This document shows, piece after piece, positions 60,993 to 64,000 of a DNA stretch of 64,000 nt (the stretch's first letter is position 1; each line of letters starts with the position of its first letter). Below the pieces are notes generated by a model that saw nothing but the letters and a program-made list of their open reading frames with translations, was not told where the DNA came from and did no database searches. The stretch comes from a virus, in IMG/VR virus record IMGVR_UViG_3300049489_001336, positions 32,001 to 96,000 of that record; one strand, 5' to 3'. Made by a program: the position numbers and the translations under genes.

Positions 60993-61532
60993 ATGCGACG
61001 CTTATTTTATCTTTGTGCACTCTTGAATCTTCTTACGTGTTGTAAGCCCGAAGACCCGCGTGAAGACGCACCTCTGTTGAAGAGGTGGGACCGTAAGCAA
61101 CCCCTTGGGCTCTACCTATCCAAGAATTTAGCCCCATGCCAAGTGGCAGGAATGCACGCCGCAGAAGCCTACTGGGAGGCTTTGACCGGTGAAAATCTGA
61201 TTCTCTACACGGCCACCGTAGAGCCTACGGATGTTTCGATGTCTTCCGCAACACGCCAGGCCTACGTCATTGCGGTGACTCAAGCCCCGATGTACAGGCC
61301 CGATGCGCTAGACCAAGCAGAACTGTTTTCCATGCAGCACAGCGAACAATTTCTACATAGCGTGGAGATCCGTGTCCAAGGCTGCTCTGTTTGGGCGTTC
61401 ACGCATGAGCTAGGGCATGCGTTGGGCCTTGGGCATGCTGTGGGCAGTACCGCGCTAATGCAGCCTACGCATGCTCCTGACGCTTGGGACGTGAGTGTTA
61501 AAGAAATTCGCTTGGTGAAGTATCAGCTTTAG
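60993..61532 (+). CDS. matrixin-like (metzincin) metallopeptidase, probable lipoprotein
   Basis: HELGHALGLGH and ALMQP Met-turn; N-terminal signal with Cys. Confidence 0.8.
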   Translation: MRRLFYLCALLNLLTCCKPEDPREDAPLLKRWDRKQPLGLYLSKNLAPCQVAGMHAAEAYWEALTGENLILYTATVEPTDVSMSSATRQAYVIAVTQAPMYRPDALDQAELFSMQHSEQFLHSVEIRVQGCSVWAFTHELGHALGLGHAVGSTALMQPTHAPDAWDVSVKEIRLVKYQL

Positions 61533-61536
61533 AGCT

Positions 61537-61562
61537 AAAAAAAGCCGCATGACAAGCCGGCT
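61537..61562 (-). terminator. terminator-like hairpin
   Basis: AGCCG...CGGCT stem followed by a T-run on the minus strand, between convergent genes. Confidence 0.5.
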
Positions 61563-61780
61563 CAGTCTATGCACTGAAAACAATAGACACTGAAAAAGTG
61601 CCAACCCGGTTCAAGCAGGGTGCCGCACTTTGCACACTGCTGACTGCCGTGTCGATAAACTTCTAATTTATCGTCGAGCTCTTTGAGATCTTTTCGTAGA
61701 CGTTCGCGCTTTTCTAACAACGATCGGTACATCGGTAAAAATCGCGACATTGAACCTCTGGAGTTACAAGGCGTCCTCAC
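61562..61780 (-). CDS. small coiled-coil plus zinc-ribbon protein
   Basis: CAKC...CFQC. Confidence 0.45.
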   Translation of the reverse strand: MRTPCNSRGSMSRFLPMYRSLLEKRERLRKDLKELDDKLEVYRHGSQQCAKCGTLLEPGWHFFSVYCFQCID

Positions 61781-61933
61781 AAAGCTGTGCTGTTTTTTCG
61801 TGTGCGTACAAAAGCCACGCGGGTTCTTCCCAAGGCATCCCCATCAAGGGATGAACCACTGCGTTATGCACGAATTTCCAAAACAAGAAACGGACACTCT
61901 TCGACATAGGCCCCCCTATGTAGCTGTATGCGC

Positions 61934-62284
61934 TTAGTCAAAATCAAAGGCGCTTGGACAGCTTTTTCCTACGCACACGTCTTCGTATGTTGCTTGGAGA
62001 TTTTGCAGATATTTGCACGCTTTACGGTCAATACCAGCGATTTTGAAGGCGCTTTCCCAAGAGGATGCAACACGTACCACAGTTACATTTCCTGTAATGC
62101 GAACACGGTTTCCATTGCGTTCCTCCCAGGATACCTCAACGCAAGACTCACAGGGAGAAACCCATACGTTGTATAATTCCCAACAACGAAAAGGCGTACC
62201 GCTCCAATCACGTTCTACGACAACCCAATTATTTTCAATGGTACACGCCGTACAGAGTATAAGTAACAGCACCCATTTTAACAT
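61934..62284 (-). CDS. putative lipoprotein
   Basis: MLKWVLLLILCTA-C signal/lipobox. Confidence 0.5.
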   Translation of the reverse strand: MLKWVLLLILCTACTIENNWVVVERDWSGTPFRCWELYNVWVSPCESCVEVSWEERNGNRVRITGNVTVVRVASSWESAFKIAGIDRKACKYLQNLQATYEDVCVGKSCPSAFDFD

Positions 62285-62298
62285 GGTTGTAGAATAGC

Positions 62299-62880
62299 TC
62301 ATGCGCCTCCCTGAGCACTCCAATAATCAACGGCACGTCGATGATGAATACTAAATTGGTGCTGTAGCTGTTTCATAACAGGACAATCGCCACTGAAAAG
62401 TACGGCTTCGTCTACGACTTTCCGTGCGGCTTCGGCGTACGCCAAAATCGACTGCGTGCCCCAGCGCGGAGGGTACGCCACGAGGTCATGCACATTGGCC
62501 GTTTTATCGGCAATTTTTACCGCGCGTACGCGATTTGCCGTGTGAGAGTCTTGCATAACCAGAAGCTGGTGATTTGTTTTATACGGCTCTACGCGCGCAT
62601 TGCGAGGCAGCGTCAACAGCAAGACATCTTCTGCGATTTCTTCCCCGAAATCTCTCAAGAGATGTTCTTCAGGATACGCCGTGTCCTCGATGATATCGTG
62701 AAGAAAACCAAGAATAAATATTTCAGAGCCATAGGCGTGCGATGCGCCTACGCTATTTAAGAACTCGTTTACCTGCATGAGGTGCATTACGTATGGCACC
62801 GCAGGGCCGGTTCGCGTCGAACGCACCTGTCCTTGGTGGTACTGCCGAGCAAGGGCCATCGCCTTGATCACCAAATCCAT
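62299..62880 (-). CDS. HD-domain protein, SpoT/Mesh1-like small alarmone hydrolase
   Basis: ARQYHQGQVR...PYVMHL..V, LHDIIEDT, VKIADKTAN; AAGGAG RBS before ATG 62880. Confidence 0.85.
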   Translation of the reverse strand: MDLVIKAMALARQYHQGQVRSTRTGPAVPYVMHLMQVNEFLNSVGASHAYGSEIFILGFLHDIIEDTAYPEEHLLRDFGEEIAEDVLLLTLPRNARVEPYKTNHQLLVMQDSHTANRVRAVKIADKTANVHDLVAYPPRWGTQSILAYAEAARKVVDEAVLFSGDCPVMKQLQHQFSIHHRRAVDYWSAQGGA

Positions 62881-62891
62881 GTTTTCTCCTT

Positions 62892-63092
62892 TTAAGATCG
62901 CCCGTATTGCCAGCCTTTGGGTGGACTTCGCATTACCATAGACTTTGTTTCTGTGCACCATTCACAACGGTAAGGACAGCGTACTACTGCAGAGTTTTGC
63001 CCGGCTGCTTCACGCGAGTTGGTGCTTGTTGCATATAAATAACCGTTACAATCTTGGCAATAGACAGCGCATTCATCGATTTCGAGGTGCAT
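62892..63092 (-). CDS. small Cys-rich protein
   Basis: CQDC...C...CEWC. Confidence 0.4.
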   Translation of the reverse strand: MHLEIDECAVYCQDCNGYLYATSTNSREAAGQNSAVVRCPYRCEWCTETKSMVMRSPPKGWQYGRS

Positions 63093-63381
63093 CAGCGATC
63101 ACCTTCAACGCTGCTTCCAGCGCTTTACCTGCGTGGGAATGATGGAAAATCAACGCCACAACGTGGGACACCTTAAGGCCGTCTTCGTATGTATATGTCG
63201 AGGTGACAGACGCTGTTCTATTCACGGGGCTCACCACGAACCTAACACCTTTTAAACTAGGGTATGCACGCTGCGCCAATTCGTCTAAATCTTTGGCTTT
63301 ATCTTTTTTAGCGTCTTTTTTTGTGACTACTTTGGCGCGTTTTTGGGGTGCATTACGCTTTGACACACGTGGCATGTCCAA
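63073..63381 (-). CDS. hypothetical protein
   Basis: 102 aa, basic N-terminus. Confidence 0.5.
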   Translation of the reverse strand: MDMPRVSKRNAPQKRAKVVTKKDAKKDKAKDLDELAQRAYPSLKGVRFVVSPVNRTASVTSTYTYEDGLKVSHVVALIFHHSHAGKALEAALKVIADAPRNR

Positions 63382-63620
63382 GGACCTTTTCCTAAGCCAA
63401 ACGTACGAAAACGACAGTGCTTACAGAAAAGCTCTACGGCTCTGCTGTTCGCAGGTTCTTGCTTTGTGACATAGCGAGAACCTTTCAGACTATCGTAGCT
63501 CCTTGTCATACACCCCTCAGCTAAAAAACGAAAGCGACGCACCTGACATGCCAGACTGTAGTCTGGGCTAGTCGGAATCGCCGCTTTCAAACAAAGCAAC
63601 GCTTTGTCATGTTCTTATAC

Positions 63621-63953
63621 CTAAATTCGTTTGTTTTTTATTGAACCACTGGCTTTGGGCTTTTTAGAGCTCAAGTGCTTTACAACAAAGCCTACATTGC
63701 GCAGCTCTCGTTGATATTCTTCGAAGAGGTCTTCGAACACTTCTTCGAAGTTTGCAACGCACGTATTGTGTTTTATCAACACTGCCGCAGTTCCGAGTGC
63801 TTGCAGCTCGCGTTTGAGCCCGTTTAAATCATAGCAGTAAACCGCGTTACGTTTGATATGCAAAACCACTTGGCCTTTTGACCACTGGGCTTTGTCTAAA
63901 ACTGCGTCCATGGCATCGAACGCAGTATCGCCTTGTTCGTCGATAAGGTCCAT
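63621..63953 (-). CDS. hypothetical protein
   Basis: 110 aa, GAGG RBS. Confidence 0.5.
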   Translation of the reverse strand: MDLIDEQGDTAFDAMDAVLDKAQWSKGQVVLHIKRNAVYCYDLNGLKRELQALGTAAVLIKHNTCVANFEEVFEDLFEEYQRELRNVGFVVKHLSSKKPKASGSIKNKRI

Positions 63954-64000
63954 GTGCCCTCACTAAAAATTAGCGTACCCGTACAGCAACATGGCGACGG

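Larger units (their letters stand above)
26401..63621 (-). promoter_or_regulatory. dispersed GG[TC]A[TC]AAGA promoter-like motif upstream of minus-strand genes (range spans first to last copy)
   Basis: Copies at 32217-25, 39731-39, 49099-107, 49897-905, 55138-46, 59116-24, 63613-21; variants at 26401-09 and 39279-87. Confidence 0.55.

Noticed and set aside
38564-61532. Firm host assignment to Myxococcota
   Set aside because: The only hints are indirect (lipoprotein style, U34 tRNA bias, signalling genes); it needs homology or CRISPR-spacer evidence
1-64000. CRISPR array or other long direct-repeat array
   Set aside because: No regularly spaced 25-45 nt repeats seen by eye; the only repeats are coding (collagen G-X-Y, MQGMEG) or short hairpins
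1-64000. Stop-codon recoding (alternative genetic code)
   Set aside because: Standard-code ORFs tile the window densely with intact enzyme motifs; no suppressor tRNA seen

Overview
This is a segment of a large contractile-tailed (myovirus-like, probably jumbo) bacteriophage genome in the standard genetic code. About 1-29.4 kb is a mostly + strand virion module: candidate prohead protease, scaffold-like proteins, decoration protein, major capsid protein, neck and tail-completion proteins, a patatin, tail sheath, tail tube, baseplate spike and a holin-like protein. It is interrupted by a solo TnpB and a small minus-strand island. About 29.4-43.6 kb holds 10 minus-strand tRNA genes, two of them split by group I introns (one intron carries an HNH endonuclease ORF that runs through the ribozyme core). 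Also there are Fic, a UV-glycosylase, an ATP-grasp protein, a J-domain-like protein, an SF2 helicase and a LigD-type phosphoesterase-DNA ligase fusion. About 43.6-48 kb is a second structural/appendage cluster. About 48-64 kb is accessory and metabolic: DHFR, dCMP deaminase, MazG-like NTP-PPase, exonuclease, Ro60/TROVE, a REC-GGDEF diguanylate cyclase and an HD alarmone-hydrolase-like protein. The best candidates for new biology are: (1) a shared G-x3-A-x3-L-G-x(1-2)-K-x-[AS] signal on six otherwise unrelated proteins, which suggests a capsid-targeting and protease-cleavage system that loads enzymes into the virion; (2) a two-gene operon encoding a GG-terminated ubiquitin-like protein plus a Cys-containing partner; (3) phage-encoded c-di-GMP and (p)ppGpp manipulation. 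All functional calls come from motifs read by eye; no database searches were run.
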